A DNA stretch of 63,818 nucleotides, the filler included, from Octopus bimaculoides (lineage: Eukaryota): the NCBI RefSeq assembly GCF_001194135.2. It is 8 parts of 7 records of this genome, joined end to end, with 100 filler letters (N's around TTAATTAATTAA, not from the genome) between each part and the next. Parts side by side here need not be neighbours in the genome. Positions count along the whole stretch, not along the records: positions 1 to 26,069 come from NC_068983.1; 7 more parts are not named here. One strand, given 5' to 3'. The translations under genes and the position numbers were made by a program. The notes beneath the pieces were generated by a model that was not told the DNA's origin, did not search any database, and was given only the letters and a program-made list of their open reading frames with translations. This document shows positions 11,961 to 26,069 of the stretch, piece after piece; position 1 is the first letter of the stretch; each line of letters starts with the position of its first letter.

Positions 11961-14526
11961 TTATTGTTGTTGTTGTTGCTAATGTATCAGCTGAATCTAT
12001 CTTGAAGATCGACCTAACTGTGGTAAGAAACAGCGGGCTATCTTCTGCTTCGTACTTGCTATGGCGAAGGAAGTTGTGAGCTTGGAGAACATAGCTTTTC
12101 CTCTCAAGCCAGACCTTCATTTATTTTTTTCAAGTACCACTTAAAAGGTTAGGGTACAGACCAAGCAAAGGATAAAGAGGGAGAGAGGGGGAGCAGGAAA
12201 CTCTTCCCTAGCTAGTAAATTTCATGAAATTTGGATAGAGTGGGGGGAAACTAGTGTTGTTAAATGAGTCTCTTCTATGCAACTAGACTAGACTGGTGAC
12301 AAAATGTGGAAAAGGGCACTTGTCTTTGGTGTGTAAGGGTAATTCAGGTTTGATATGCGTGAGTACCCCATGTTACCTTATGTGGTTGTTCACCATTGCA
12401 GGGCTGCTCGTTGTTTTGTACTGTCATTACTATTTTGTTTTATCAACGTGCTTTTATTGCCTTGATCTCACCTTTCTACTCGATGTAAACCCACCGTTTT
12501 GTTTCTTGGATGCTGTTTCCATTTGTATATCACTTTTGTACTATCGCCGACGTCTAGGACCCTTGTAGACGATAAAGAAATTGTTAATAACCTTTTTTTT
12601 ATTTTCTCCCTGTGAAACTTAGACGTTGAGATTCGTCGTTATTGTTGTTGTTACGTTGATTTTAGATGCCAGTTCTCCTCCTCCTTAAGATTTGGTTTTG
12701 CTCTTGAGGGCTGTTATCGTTCATGTTGATCGAACACACGTATGTTTGGGAGTTATCATTGAAATTAAATACCAGTTACATATATATATATAAGTGTGTA
12801 ACTCATTGCTTTGAAATCATTATTGGCACTTCCGATCCAGGTTCAATTGTGGTGGTATTACAAGCTTCCCTACGTTACAGAAGCGTGGCGTTGCTGATAA
12901 TATTACCGAAAAGTGGAGCTTTGTTACACATATTTTTCCAAAGCCAGTGGAAAACAGATTTCATGTTACGGAATTCTACGTTACGGCAAGATTTTCAGAC
13001 AAACAACGTTTCCGTAACGCGGAGATGCTGTATATTGGTCGAAGACTGGCAGCCAGTCATTTGAGGTCAAAACGCACATTTTACTTTAAATTCTGAAATT
13101 GAACGTTTTAAGCGAAGAAATCTCAAGAATTATTTCTCATCACAACAATTTATTTGTTTGAAACATAAAATCGATTATTTTCACAAGTTTAACCAGAAAC
13201 TACGGAACATGTTTTTTCACAAAAATTATGACGGCGTTTTATCAGACAAACCACATACAATGTAGTCACTGAAAAATTTTACTGAACTTTGTTGTCGAAC
13301 ATTCAGATTCAGCTAAACAACGAAGCACCACTCTTAATTCCTAACTTCTTCTTACCTTTAATCTTCAGCCATATTGCAGATTGTATCGACTGCAATGCTG
13401 CAATATTTACCTTCGATCACACCTTTAGCAAACAACAGAAAACGTGATTTTTGTGGGGTTTTTTTTTTTTTAATATTCGTTTGTTGTTGTTTTGCACGCT
13501 AACAGCAACCATATAACGACAATGAATTTTTTATGTGTCACATCGCTGCTTCGCTATTAAATTCTCGGCTATGACTTGCTGATGTATATCGAGTGGAAAG
13601 ATTTAAGACTTGTTTATTACTGGGATCCCCACTGACCATGCTCCAATGTCTTTTTACAGGTGGGAAGGCTGTAAGTTTTGAAAAACGAGTGAACAAATTG
13701 TCATATTTAAATATAGTTAAGAGCCTTTATTTTTTCAATTTATCCACCCCAAAATAAAAACAAAAAAAAAAAGGATTATATTGNNNNNNNNNNNNNNNNN
13801 NNNNNNNNNNNNNNNNNNNNNNNNNNNNNNNNNNNNNNNNNNNNNNNNNNNNNNNNNNNNNNNNNNNNNNNNNNNNNNNNNTTCCCTTTCAGTATTCTCA
13901 CTGATTGGAATTGCAGCTCCTTTTGCAATGAGAATAGTTTTGCCGTCATAGACACATCAACCTTAGTCGAGAATTATATTGCGCTGGCCATGACCGTTCT
14001 TGTCAAGCATCCATACAAAAATAAATAATGAAACTTGCCACACCCACAAAAAGAGCATGTCGATTGCAAAGAGCTGCAACATCGGCATTTCTAATATTCA
14101 CTTTAAAGTAGCTCAACAAAGTTGCATTAAATAAATGAAGTTGGAAAAAGAAAAAAAAAAAAAAAAAGGCTATCTCTAAAAATGGATTGGCCAACGATTT
14201 TGCTTGGTTTAGTTAGTTTCTCTAGTTTCATTGATGTGAATAATTGCGTTTGAACATCTCCTCTGTGACTTTAAATTGGCGTAGTAACTCAATCTTAACT
14301 GACTGTTTCTTCGTTTTCCTGTATTTTAAACAACTTTCTTTTCTTTTTCTTTATGCCTAGGTATGAAAGGGGTTGTGAAATGCATTTTTTTTTTTTGCTT
14401 TGTTTTTTGGCCTGTAATTCTGGGATACATCTTTCTGAAACGACACGACTCTGTTATATTTAATCTCGGAGGATCACTATCAATGGTTTCTTTTTTTTTT
14501 TTTTTGTGATAGTTATACTCTGAGTA

Positions 14527-14803
14527 GTGGAGGCGCAATGGCCCAGTGGTTAGGGCAGCGGACTCGCGGTCATAGGATCGCGTTTTCGATTCCCAGACCG
14601 GGCGTTGTGAGTGTTTATTGAGCGAAAACACCTAAAGCTCCACGAGGCTCCGGCAGGGGATGGTGGCGAACCCTGCTGTACTCTTTCACCACAACTTTCT
14701 CTCACTCTTACTTCCTGTTGTGCCTGTAATTCAAAGGATCAGCCTTGTCACACTGTGTCACGCTGAATATCCCTGAGAACTACGTTAAGGGTACACGTGT
14801 CTG
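14527..14803 (+). mobile_element. SINE family A (truncated by gap)
   Basis: Same sequence and same upstream flank as the copy at 15052, so probably one locus assembled twice. Confidence 0.8.
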
Positions 14804-15051
14804 NNNNNNNNNNNNNNNNNNNNNNNNNNNNNNNNNNNNNNNNNNNNNNNNNNNNNNNNNNNNNNNNNNNNNNNNNNNNNNNNNNNNNNNNNNNNNNNNN
14901 NNNNNNNNNNNNNNNNNNNNNNNNNNNNNNNNNNNNNNNNNNNNNNNNNNNNNNNNNNNNNNNNNNNNNNNNNNNNNNNNNNNNNNNNNNNNNNNNNNNN
15001 NNNNNNNNNNGTTTCTTTTTTTTTTTTTTTGTGATAGTTATACTCTGAGTA

Positions 15052-15428
15052 GTGGAGGCGCAATGGCCCAGTGGTTAGGGCAGCGGACTCGCGGTCATAG
15101 GATCGCGTTTTCGATTCCCAGACCGGGCGTTGTGAGTGTTTATTGAGCGAAAACACCTAAAGCTCCACGAGGCTCCGGCAGGGGATGGTGGCGAACCCTG
15201 CTGTACTCTTTCACCACAACTTTCTCTCACTCTTACTTCCTGTTGTGCCTGTAATTCAAAGGATCAGCCTTGTCACACTGTGTCACGCTGAATATCCCTG
15301 AGAACTACGTTAAGGGTACACGTGTCTGGAGTGCTCAGCCACTTGCACGTTAATTTCACGAGCAGGCTGTTCCGTTGATCGGATCAGCTGGAACCCTCGA
15401 CGTCGTAAGCGACGGAGTGCCAACAACA
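15052..15428 (+). mobile_element. SINE family A, full length
   Basis: tRNA-like head with B-box-like TTTCGATTCCC, body, and (CAA)n tail. Confidence 0.9.
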
Positions 15429-15775
15429 AAATACTCAGAGTGTAAATATAACAGAAAAAATATTGTTACTCGACTTATTATTATGTTCGTAACACATATT
15501 TTCCCCCACCTATACAATTATTTGAAACCAATTACAACTAAATCTCGCCGCTTTTCTCTGATTGATGAAATATTTATTAAGAAAAAGGATTAAGCAGGTC
15601 TTTGATGATCCTGTTATTGACTCCCCACTCTCAAAATTGTGAACACGAGTGACACTAGTAAGAAACAATAAACAACGCCTTGTTACGAACTATTCACAAA
15701 CAATAGATTGCTATTCTGCTTTCTAGGTGCCTATCCAATCTATTTCCCCGTCATAAATTCTTTATGAAAGCAGCA

Positions 15776-15820
<45 letters not shown>

Positions 15821-16139
15821 TTCGGTCTGAAGGCAGAGCATCCTCACAGGTGAGATTGATGCTGTTGACGTTCCGCTTTGATTATTGAAAGTTGACGACT
15901 ACAGGAAAGATGTGCAATAAGGAAGTTCCAGAGAGGCGATGTTTTGGAAAGAAAGGACTAGGTGTAGCGGTTAGTGCGGGGCCTGGGGTAAACACGATAT
16001 GGATGCTGAGAAGAGAGATGAGTGAGTCGAGAGTACTTGAGAAGAGATGGCAGAAAATCAACCAGCCTGAGGAGCAGAAGCTATTGTTGTTACGGTAGAA
16101 AGAGGTAACAGCATGTCTGTGGACCAGTTACTTTATATA

Positions 16140-17070
16140 TTTGTGAGTAACTTCATGCCAGTCAGTCGAGCATACTATCAGATTCCACTTTGAAACAACA
16201 ATAAAAGATACACTATATTTCAAGATGTTGAACGCTTATTTAGTTTACAAGATTAGCCTTTGCTGTGACTGATGCTGTAAGCGCTTCTCAAAGAGTGATG
16301 AAAAGTATAACTACCGACATTGATATCAAAGGGTTTGACACCTTTCTCGGCTATGTTATTGTTGGCAAAGCTATTGAGGAGCTCGATAAGGACATGGCCT
16401 AATTGATTTCACGTTCTCTGAAATCTCACATTATATGTGAACAATGGCAATTTTCTTTCCCACCAAACACACCTTTGCTTCTCGGAGACGCACACAAAAA
16501 AAGTAATTCTCTGCAACCTGACATGGAAGATTTGAAGTCTGTCGTTGAGTACCCAATGTCAAGCAATGTTGAACGACTACAACGTCTACAAAGTTTGTTA
16601 AGTTACAACTTTTTCTCCTTTCTTAGATGCTATTCATCTACTTAATGCTTCAATGTTTAATATCTACCTTACCCAAATTCCACTACATGCTGAAACTGAT
16701 GCTTTTGGTGAACAGTTTTGGATATCTTTCACGGTATAATAAACCTGTTGCTTTCTTCTCCAGAATTCTTTATCAGTCTGAACCTGAACAAAATATTCAT
16801 CAATTGGATAGGAAATAGCAGCTATCATAGAAAGTGCTTAGAAATGGTGATTTAATTTCTATTTATTTATTATTTTTTTTACTTGGAGGATGTTTTATAT
16901 TACACACTGCTCAAAGAGCGATCTCATCTATATTTAGTCACAAAAGGAACGAGGAAATGAAGAATAAGATTCTTCATTGCCTCATGGTATTATCATCGCT
17001 CTGCAATTATGACATCCGACACATACCTGACAAAGATAACACAGCTGCTAATTCTCTTACCAACTGGTTC
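16140..17070 (+). mobile_element. Gypsy/Ty3 LTR retrotransposon remnant (RT-RNase H), frameshifted
   Basis: FTRLAFAVTDAVSASQRVM (RT), NKPVAFFSRIL (RNase H) and NYDIRHIPDKDNTAANSLT (cf. YDIxYxPGKxNxxADALS), in the expected order. Confidence 0.75.
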
Positions 17071-17448
17071 TTCATATCATCTGTGGAATCACGGATTTAC
17101 ATAAGGTTTTGTGTCATCTTGGAGTGTCGGTGCTAAGAAATGGCTGATTCTTGTACATGTTAAAAACAAAACAAATTTTTAGAATTGATTTCAAATTTCG
17201 GTACAAAGCTAGCAATATCAGGGGAGGGGTACGCCTATCACATCGACCCCTACTGTTCAACTGGTACTTATTTTATCGATCCCGGAAGGATGAAAGGTGA
17301 AGTTGACCTCGGCAGAATTTGAAGGTAAAGACGGAAGAAATGCCGCTAAGCATTTTGCTCGGTCTATTAACGATTCTGCCAGTTCGCCGCCTTATGATAT
17401 TCTTAGAATTGACGCCACATTATTACCATCCTTCTCATGCTAAACTTA

Positions 17449-17664
17449 CGAAGGGATGCTGAAAAGTTCCTGACTTTTGGTAAAAGAAAATAGAAGAGAA
17501 TCAGTTAATTATGATTTTACTCAACATGTTCCCCTCTCAGATTCACATTTATTGCAGCAGTCCTTCAGTTTTTCTAAGCCCTGTAAAAAAAACTCGGAAG
17601 GTTGGGTCCCCAACCAGGCCTTTCGCGACAGCCTTAAAGGCAGGAACTTTTCAGCACTCCCTCG
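17449..17664. mobile_element. Tc1/mariner-type MITE
   Basis: 24-bp TIRs CGAAGGGATGCTGAAAAGTTCCTG / CAGGAACTTTTCAGCACTCCCTCG, flanked by TA on both sides. Confidence 0.8.
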
Positions 17665-17728
17665 TAACGCATCCACACATTTGAGCACCTCAGTGACGGC
17701 TTCAAAGGTCTTCTACCATCGTCTAACT

Positions 17729-18021
17729 CAGGGGTTTTCAAACTTTTTGACCTGCGGACCCCTTTATATTTCAGGCTTTACCTTAGGGACCCCCTTATAA
17801 ACGCTTATGAAATTTGTACATAAATACTTGCTTAAAATAACATATTTTTACATTTATTTATTTAACAGTATTTACCAAATAGGTTTATTGTCAAATAAAA
17901 GATTTCGATTAAAAACAAATATAAAATCAAATTGCCCATAAAAAGTATTTGCTGTCCACGGACCCCCTGTCTTGTCCTTGCGGACCCCTGTGGTCCGCGG
18001 ACCATATTTTGAAAACCCCTG
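17729..18021. mobile_element. hAT MITE
   Basis: TIRs CAGGGGTTTTCAAA / TTTGAAAACCCCTG; 8-bp TSD GTCTAACT at 17721-17728 and 18022-18029. Confidence 0.9.
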
Positions 18022-21000
18022 GTCTAACTCACACGTTTGTGTTTATAAAATCCAATATTTACACGTGACGACTCCTTTAGTAAGTCGCTAATATTTCAAA
18101 ATATAGTCTTCTTGCCTGTTACCCCAACTTCAGTCCAACCAGATCGAGAAATCCAGGTTATGTCTCGAGTGTTCTATTTTGTTTGCCATTAATAATAATA
18201 ATATTCAAACTTCATCGCAGTAATGATCAATAAAATTGTTTTCAATTTAACTAATTTGATCGATTTCCAGCGGATCTCTGCCTTCCAGATTGGCTATATA
18301 TTTTTAGCTGAGACAGTGTCAATTCAGCCATCTGGGTGTTTGATTCTCGGCAATTGTTTATCGTCACCACACACACACACACACACACACACACAAGAGA
18401 GAGAGAGAGAGAGAGAATCGTAAGGAAAACTTAGAGCAATCGATATTATAGATACGTAGATAGATCGATAGGCATTATATGTATTTATATATGGGGAGAG
18501 AGAGACAGAGACATTGTTGACCGTTAGACCGTTGTACTGGCAGACAGGGCTGAGGTCAATAAAATCAGCCATTTGATGATTGTAATGTGTGCGTTTGTGT
18601 GTGTGTATATGAGAGTTTATATTTATGTCAGACTGACAGATCCAGTAGTTACTGTTAGAATAGATTATTGGCAGTTTATTTGGTTGAAACGACCAATAAA
18701 ACAGTTTTTAAATGTTGTCTTTCTATTAGCGTGAGTTCAAATCCTATAAGAGTCTATCTTCCTTTTATTCTCCTGTGATCTGTAAAATAAAACGTTTAAA
18801 ATTCTCCTTCATCCAAAATGATCGGGAGCGGGCGTTTCCAATTTCGGAGTTTTCTGGTTTACTAAAAATGATTGCATGTTCGCATCTAAAACATGGGACA
18901 GTTTGGAGATAGAACTCAAATCTAAACATATTTTATCCATTTGCATTTCATAATTCAGCATATATACTGCGAAGGTAGTTTTGTATAAATATGACGCTAG
19001 TTTCGCACAATAGGTAGCAGTTTCACTATAATAATTCTTTTCATCGAAACAAGCCTGCCTTTTACACGTTCACACGGCTCTAGGCAGGTCACGTCAATCA
19101 TAGCAGCTAATGTCACGACGCGTGACTTCGCAAAAGCTTTCTGGATTTTCATTTTCATTTTGGGAGATTTCGGAAATTCTGATAAAGGATTATCAACTAT
19201 CATCATCATCAATAGTATTAATACGCTACCTTTTTGTACGTACCTGTGTGTGTCACACTTGCCTCAAAGAAGTGGGAAAGCAAGAGAGAGGAGGACATAG
19301 AGGAAGAGAGAGAGAGAAAGGGACAGTGAGTGGTGACGGCGTTCGTTTTGTGTTTTTAAATGTTTATCACATCGCAAGAGAAGTAAATACATAGATACAC
19401 ATACACATTGTTAAATCAAAAGCGGGAGAGAAGAGGGACACAAAGGAAGTGAAAGAGAAAGAGAGAAATTGAGAGAGACAGTTCATACATAAATCCAAAG
19501 AAAAGTTCATACATAGATACATACACACAGCAAATATTGGATATCAATTTCATTTTTCATTACCACACGAAGATAAAATTAACTCAGAAATGGTTGAGTA
19601 CTTCACTAACATGCATAACATTAACGTAGTTCTCAGGGAGATTCAACCTCACACAGAATATGACAAGGCTGGCCCCTTTGAATTACAGCTACAACTCGAG
19701 ACATATATATATATATGAATGTATTTGTGTGTGTGTATATATAGTTTAGGTTAGTTAAAACATGTTTGCAATAATAAGTGTCGCATGGTGGAAATAAACG
19801 CAATTATCAAACTTTCATTCATAAATCCATTTATTATTTTGTTCTTTTGCATTTAAATTTGTACCTGAAGGTTTTTTTTAATATGTACGATGTATTTTGA
19901 GGTTAAATAGTAATTCCGTTTACGTTTGTGTAACTGAGGAATTTTGGTTGGATAATATAGTCATTGGTGTTACATTACTTTCTACATTCTGTAACTGTTA
20001 CAATGTACTTTTCTAGGCCTGAAATTTTTGTGGGCAGTTGATTAAATCGACTCCAGTAGACATACTTAAAAAAAAAAAAGTACTGCAGTCGTGTTACGAC
20101 AAAAATTCTTCAAGCCATTGCCCCAACATGGCTGCAGTCTAATAACTGAAGCAAGAAAAGGTAAAAGATATATGTCCGTCGTACCGAAGCTGTTACGTCT
20201 CAATGCAGAGAAGTAACAGCTTAACCTGGACAGTGTAGTTTTTTTGTTTTTGTTAACTTTATCATTAATGCCTTGCAGTATATTATCCGGGTTTTTTTTA
20301 ACGTTTTAAGTTCACATCCCGTCGAGTTGAACATTATCTTTCCTCTTTCAAGAGTCGATAAAATTAAGTGCTAGTCTAGTAATATTGTGTCAATATAATC
20401 CAGCTGGCAAACTCATTACCGCGTTGCACAAAATGCTTAGTGACATTTCTTTTGGCTCTTAACGCTCTGAGTTCAAATCCCGCCGAGGTCAATTTTGCCT
20501 TGTCATTCTTTCGAGGTCGGTAAAAATAAAGTACCGACTTGACCCCTCCCAGCTCCATTGCTTTTTAAGCATCCCTGATCGTTGTGCGACATGAACATAT
20601 ATATGTCTCTCTATTTTCTCTCTGTCGCTATCTCTCCCTTTCTCCTATACCTGGTGCTGGCACGTGACCTGTGGTCAGCTTTCCTTCTTTCTTTCCCTTT
20701 TTCACACCGACCGCCCAGCCATTCGGTCGCAAAAAATTTCTGTCTATTTCCATATCCTTTGGGATTTCTTCTAAGCGTTATCCGCCATTCTTGTCTCTTT
20801 GGCCCTAAGACTGTATTTTGCTCATTTCTTATTTATTTCGTCTTTGTCCATCGTCTTAAATTACATTTTTTTCTACTTTCGTATGTCCTCTCTGTGTATT
20901 GTTTGCTTGAGGCCCAGTATTCTCTGGGAATCCAGCAGGAAAATATAACAACTGCTTTTGATAGGACCCTATGGAGGAGGTTCCTGAGGACCCAACTCCA

Positions 21001-21129
21001 ATAACCCTCTCAGGAATAGTGGACGGAGAACATGAATGGACACTGGGTAATGTAGTCCGAGGTAAAAATGACTGAAAAGATGAAATAACCATTGCTGAAT
21101 CATGATTAACTGGTGCTAAATAAAACTAT

Positions 21130-21430
21130 ACTTTGTCTGGTTGCCTCAGCGAAAGAGGTTGTGTGGTGGACCAGATTAAAAGGGCTGGACCAAATTGTGT
21201 CCTTGAGTAAGACATTTTATTTCACCTTCCTCCAGTCCACTCAGCTGGCAAAAATGAGTAGTACCTGTATTTCAAAGGGCCAGCCTCTGTCACGCTGAAT
21301 CTCCTTGAGAACTACGTTAAGGGTACACGTGTCTGTGGAGTGCTCAGCCACTTGCACGTTAATTTCACGAGCAGGCTGTTCTGTTGATCATATCAGCTGG
21401 GGCCCTCGTCCTCGTAATCGACAATGCTCC
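21130..21430 (+). mobile_element. Diverged or composite SINE sharing the family A 3' domain
   Basis: 21280-21425 matches the family A 3' domain; the 5' part is a different CORE-like head (GTGTCCTTGAGTAAGACATTTTATTTCAC). Confidence 0.6.
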
Positions 21431-21431
21431 T

Positions 21432-21481
<50 letters not shown>

Positions 21482-24167
21482 CATTCATAATCAACGTAAA
21501 ATTAGAAGGTTCGAGAAAATGAAAGTAGGCTACCACGCTACAGTTCTGAGTTGTTTAGGAATATCTCTGATGCGCGCGCACGCGTTTGTAAATTTATAAA
21601 TGTTTAAAAGAAAATAGAACTCAAACATGAGTATTTATATTATTTTATCATTTATTCATCAGCAGAAATTACAGCGTGATTCATAGTTCCGTTATTGGCG
21701 TTTATCAAACTTAGATTTAGTGCCAGTGGATGAAATTCTCGGCTCTTGAGTTACACTATAGCTTACGCTAATTTCATAATAATTTCAAATTTTAGCACAA
21801 GGGCAGCATTTACGACGGAAGTGAAGTGTCGATTTCAGCGACGCCAGTCTTAAACTGATACTTATTTTATCGACCCCGAAAGGATGAAAAGTAAAGCTGG
21901 ATCCTGGCGACATTTGAACTCAGAAGAAAGTCAGAAGAAATGTCGCTAAGTATTTTTCCTGTCGCGGTGACGATTCTGCCAGCTGCTTTTATGCTGATTA
22001 ATAATAGAAAAGCGTGCATGTGTGTATAATACACACACATAATCCTTCCCAGATCAATAAAAATAAAGTGCCTGTCAAGTATTAAGGAGGTCGATACAAT
22101 CGACTGTTTTCTTCTGGTCTTTTTGCCTTTGTTGAAAACAATTATTATTATTTGTTACATAATTTATAGAGCACTGGACTGCTATTTTATTTTACTCTAT
22201 TTATGCTGGGATTGACTGTACATTTTACAGAGATCCGCTCACTTCATTTTTCTCCTCTTTTACTTGTCGATATAAGACTAAATTGTAAAATTTAGTTTGC
22301 TATGGTGTAGCAATTCTAACTATTCAGTTAAAGCGTTGGATTAAATGCAAATATGTGATACAGCGTTCAATTCCCGTCGGGATCGGTATTACTTGTCAGC
22401 GATCCTTCAGGCTGATAAAATAAAGTGACGCCCAAAAAATGAGACGGATTTTAGTCAACAGTACCGGATCTATTTTCCCCCACCCCCTTTTTCTTTGTGA
22501 CCTTGTGTTTAAGCTAGGAATCATTATCATCATTATTTTTATTACAAAAATGCAGAAAAGTATGTACTGTTGGAGAAAGCTTACTGACTGAATTCGAGTT
22601 GAGGCAGTTGATTAACCTTCGGTCAAAAATGACCAGAGGCTTTCTAACCGTGACCATTACGTCTCTTTTAGACAATATTAATGTTTTCCCTGTTTAAGCT
22701 GGTAATGGTGTGATTTGAAGATGTGGCCAGGGCTCGCGAGAAACTTTACGAAGCAGAACAAGTTAGCTTTCTGGTCCCTTGAGAAAGAGAGTTTCTTCTC
22801 AAAACTCAAGGGGTCTCTGATGATTTTAAAGTGGTGAATTGGCAGAATCGTTAGCGCGCCGGGCAAAATGTTTAGCAGCATTTCGTCCGTCTTTACGTCC
22901 TGAGTTCAAATTTCGCCGAGGTCGACTTTGCCTTTCTTCCTTTCGGGGTCAATGAAATAAGTACCAGTTGAACACTAGGGTCGATGTAATCGACTCATCC
23001 TCTTCCACAAAATTGCTGTTCTTGTGGCAAAATTTGAAACCATTATTATTATTTATTATTATTACTATCATTATTTTAGAAAGAGGCTTATCAAATATTG
23101 ATGGGCCCCTTTTATATATTTTGGCAGTAGACACTATTTCTAGTCGGTGGAGATTCCACGCTAGGTTTTGGATACTAGTTGAATCTATCTTACATTATAA
23201 CAGACTTTCCTCATTTTCACTGAGAGCCGGTGCTACACATTAAACAAACTAAACTTAATTTCTTAATCCAGTTTAAAACACGCAAACTTAGTAATAAAGA
23301 TAGCAGTTTAGGTTACTCCTAGAACAAAGAGATGTATAGGATATGGGTGGTTGAAGAAAAGCTTGTGTCGTGTTATGACGTTTCACATGATTTAACATGG
23401 AATATTTCAAATTTTACCCCATGACACATTGGCTCAGTGATATGCATAATCATAAAAACTAGTTCACGAAGTAACTAATTTTTCGACTGCATTTTCCTGT
23501 CAGTGTATTACGATGGGATCTTTTTGGTTTGACGGGCAACATTTTTCATTTATCTTTTATGTAGTGTTTTTGGTACCGAAACACTTTCAAACTTCGAATA
23601 CTTGTATATTTTGTGTTATAGAACAGATGGTTGGAGAATTTTGAAAACAGTTAGGGAAGACGCCCCATTCCCATTGTAGGGCTAATCTAGGGAGCTGAAT
23701 ACCATGATGTTAGCTCTATCGTCACTCATGAGAAAACATTTTCGACCTGCTAAAAATAGTTGTCAAACATCCCTGAAAGTGTGCAGCCTGCTTTTAAAAT
23801 GAACCATGATTGGGGAAAAAAATGTAAACAAACTTAGAATGATCGTGGTTTTGGAAGTCTTTCATCATAAACAACAACAACAACAACAACGTATTCCATT
23901 CTTCAACATACTACCTATAAGTCATAGATAGGTGCCTTGTATATACTTAACTATGAACCTTCAAAGAGCTTTGAGATTTAAGGTGTCATACAATGAGAAA
24001 AACCTGGTAACTGGCGTCCACTTTGTAAGCATGTTCCTTCACTTCGCTTTAAAAACCATGACTGTCATGACATTGCACACGTGACATATTATGTGTGTAA
24101 ACACACACACACATTATGGGATGACAGAGGAATAAACCAATTATAACAATTGTGTCATGAACTTCGT

Positions 24168-24234
24168 TAGCCTCGGGCCGACCAAAGCCTTGTGAGTGGA
24201 TTTGGTAGACGGAAACTGAAAGAAGCCCATCGTA

Positions 24235-24307
<73 letters not shown>

Positions 24308-24843
24308 ATATATATATATATATGTATNNNNNNNNNNNNNNNNNNNNNNNNNNNNNNNNNNNNNNNNNNNNNNNNNNNNNNNNNNNNNNNNNNNNNNNNN
24401 NNNNNNNNNNNNNNNNNNNNNNNNNNNNNNNNNNNNNNNNNNNNNNNNNNNNNNNNNNNNNNNNNNNNNNNNNNNNNNNNNNNNNNNNNNNNNNNNNNNN
24501 NNNNNNNNNNNNNNNNNNNNNNNNNNNNNNNNNNNNNNNNNNNNNNNNNNNNNNNNNNNNNNNNNNNNNNNNNNNNNNNNNNNNNNNNNNNNNNNNNNNN
24601 NNNNNNNNNNNNNNNNNNGTGTGTGTATATGTTTGTGTGTCTGTGTTTGTCCGCCGCCATCGCTTGATAACTGATGCTGGTGTATTTACGTCCCCCGTAA
24701 CTTAGCGGTTCGGCAAAAGAGCCTGATAGAATAAGTACTAGGCTTCCAAAGAAAAAGTCCTGGGGTCGATTTGCTCGACTAAAGGTGGTGCTCCAGCATG
24801 GCCGCAGTCAAATGACTGAAACAAGTAAAAGAGTAAAAGAGTA
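24168..24843 (+). mobile_element. SINE family C (tRNA head, CORE-like domain, internal TA/TG microsatellite)
   Basis: GCCTCGGGCCGACCAAAGCCTTGTGAGTGGATTTGGTAGACGG-[microsatellite/gap]-CGCTTGA.AAC.GATGCTGGTG...GCCGCAGTCAAATGACTGAAACAAGTAAAAGAG. Other copies at about 26170-26365(+), 26400-26670(+), 26905-27290(-), 28190-28358(-), 30100-30245(+), 32630-32730(-), 41670-41990(+), 43990-44375(-), 52300-52520(-) and 53160-53386(-). Confidence 0.85.
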
Positions 24844-26024
24844 ACAATTCAAGCTGGTTCTTGACAAATTTCTCCACTTTATTAACGTAATTTACCCATT
24901 GTTTCTGCTGTTCTAATGGAGTCTCTGCATTTGAAAATAAATCATCATCTTATTTGTATCTATATACACATTTCAACACTTATTAAAATACAAATGTTAG
25001 TTTGTTTATATTTATACACGTGGTTGCACATTTAGCTTTAAAAGCATCTAAAAAGTGGATTGATTTGTCAGCGGTCAGTTTAGCTTAATGGTAAAGCACT
25101 TACCTGGAGTCATATCAAGAAATATGGGTCCCATAGCTGGCTGTCGACAAATTTTTCCACTTTGTAAGGGTAATTTACCCAATGTTTCTCTGGCATCACT
25201 GCATTCGAAAATATCTTATTTGTATGAGTGAGGGAACAGTCCATGCCGTCAAAGTGACATTGGAGTACGAATATACGAAGCCTAGTATGCCCATCTCACA
25301 ATAATACAACAAGCACATGCTGTTATTATCTTTATTATTATTATTATTATTATTAGGGTGGTGAGCTGGCTGAATCATTTGTGTGTCAGATAAAATGCTT
25401 CACAGCATATCCTCTGGATCCATTATGTTCTGAGTGCAAATACCACTGAAGATAACTTTGTGCTCCTTTCTTCTGGGGTCAATAAAATAAGTACCAGTGA
25501 AACACTGGGGTTGATGTCATTGACTTTCCGCTTTCCCCAAATTTCAGGCTTGGTACCTGTACCACAATCCATTATTATTATTATCACTCTAATATTATTG
25601 CAAGTCAATTTGTTAACCAACTACCTAATTGATTACTTGATTAATCATTCAATCAGTCGGTTTGTCAGAGTCCTTTCATCATCATTTGTGATCTCATCCA
25701 TGACTTCCCCTCTTTGTCCCAGATCTGTCGAGTTCTAATTGCAATTCTTTGCTAATGTATTTATAGCCTTAGGGGTTTGTGTTGATTCCTGAGTGAGTGA
25801 GTGTCTGTGTGTAGGCTGTTGTATATCAATTGTCTAGTCCTCATTCGTGTGTTATCTCTTATATCTCAAGGAAATATAAGAAATTTATTTATAAATTTAC
25901 TTATTCACTCATACATGTATATGTGTGTTTGAGCCTGGTGTAGCCATCTGGTTTCACCAGTCCTCGGTCAAATCGTCCCACCCATGCTAGCATGGAAAGT
26001 GGACGTTAAATGACGATGATGATG

Positions 26025-26069
<45 letters not shown>

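Noticed and set aside
14470-15330. Apparent tandem duplication of SINE-A plus flank
   Set aside because: The sequence is identical on both sides of an N gap, most likely overlapping contig ends that were not merged.
24140-24170. TGTCATGAACTTCGTT resembling PKC 'CHEFV'
   Set aside because: An extra base breaks the frame, there is no upstream HKR and no splice sites, so it is not PKC exon 2.
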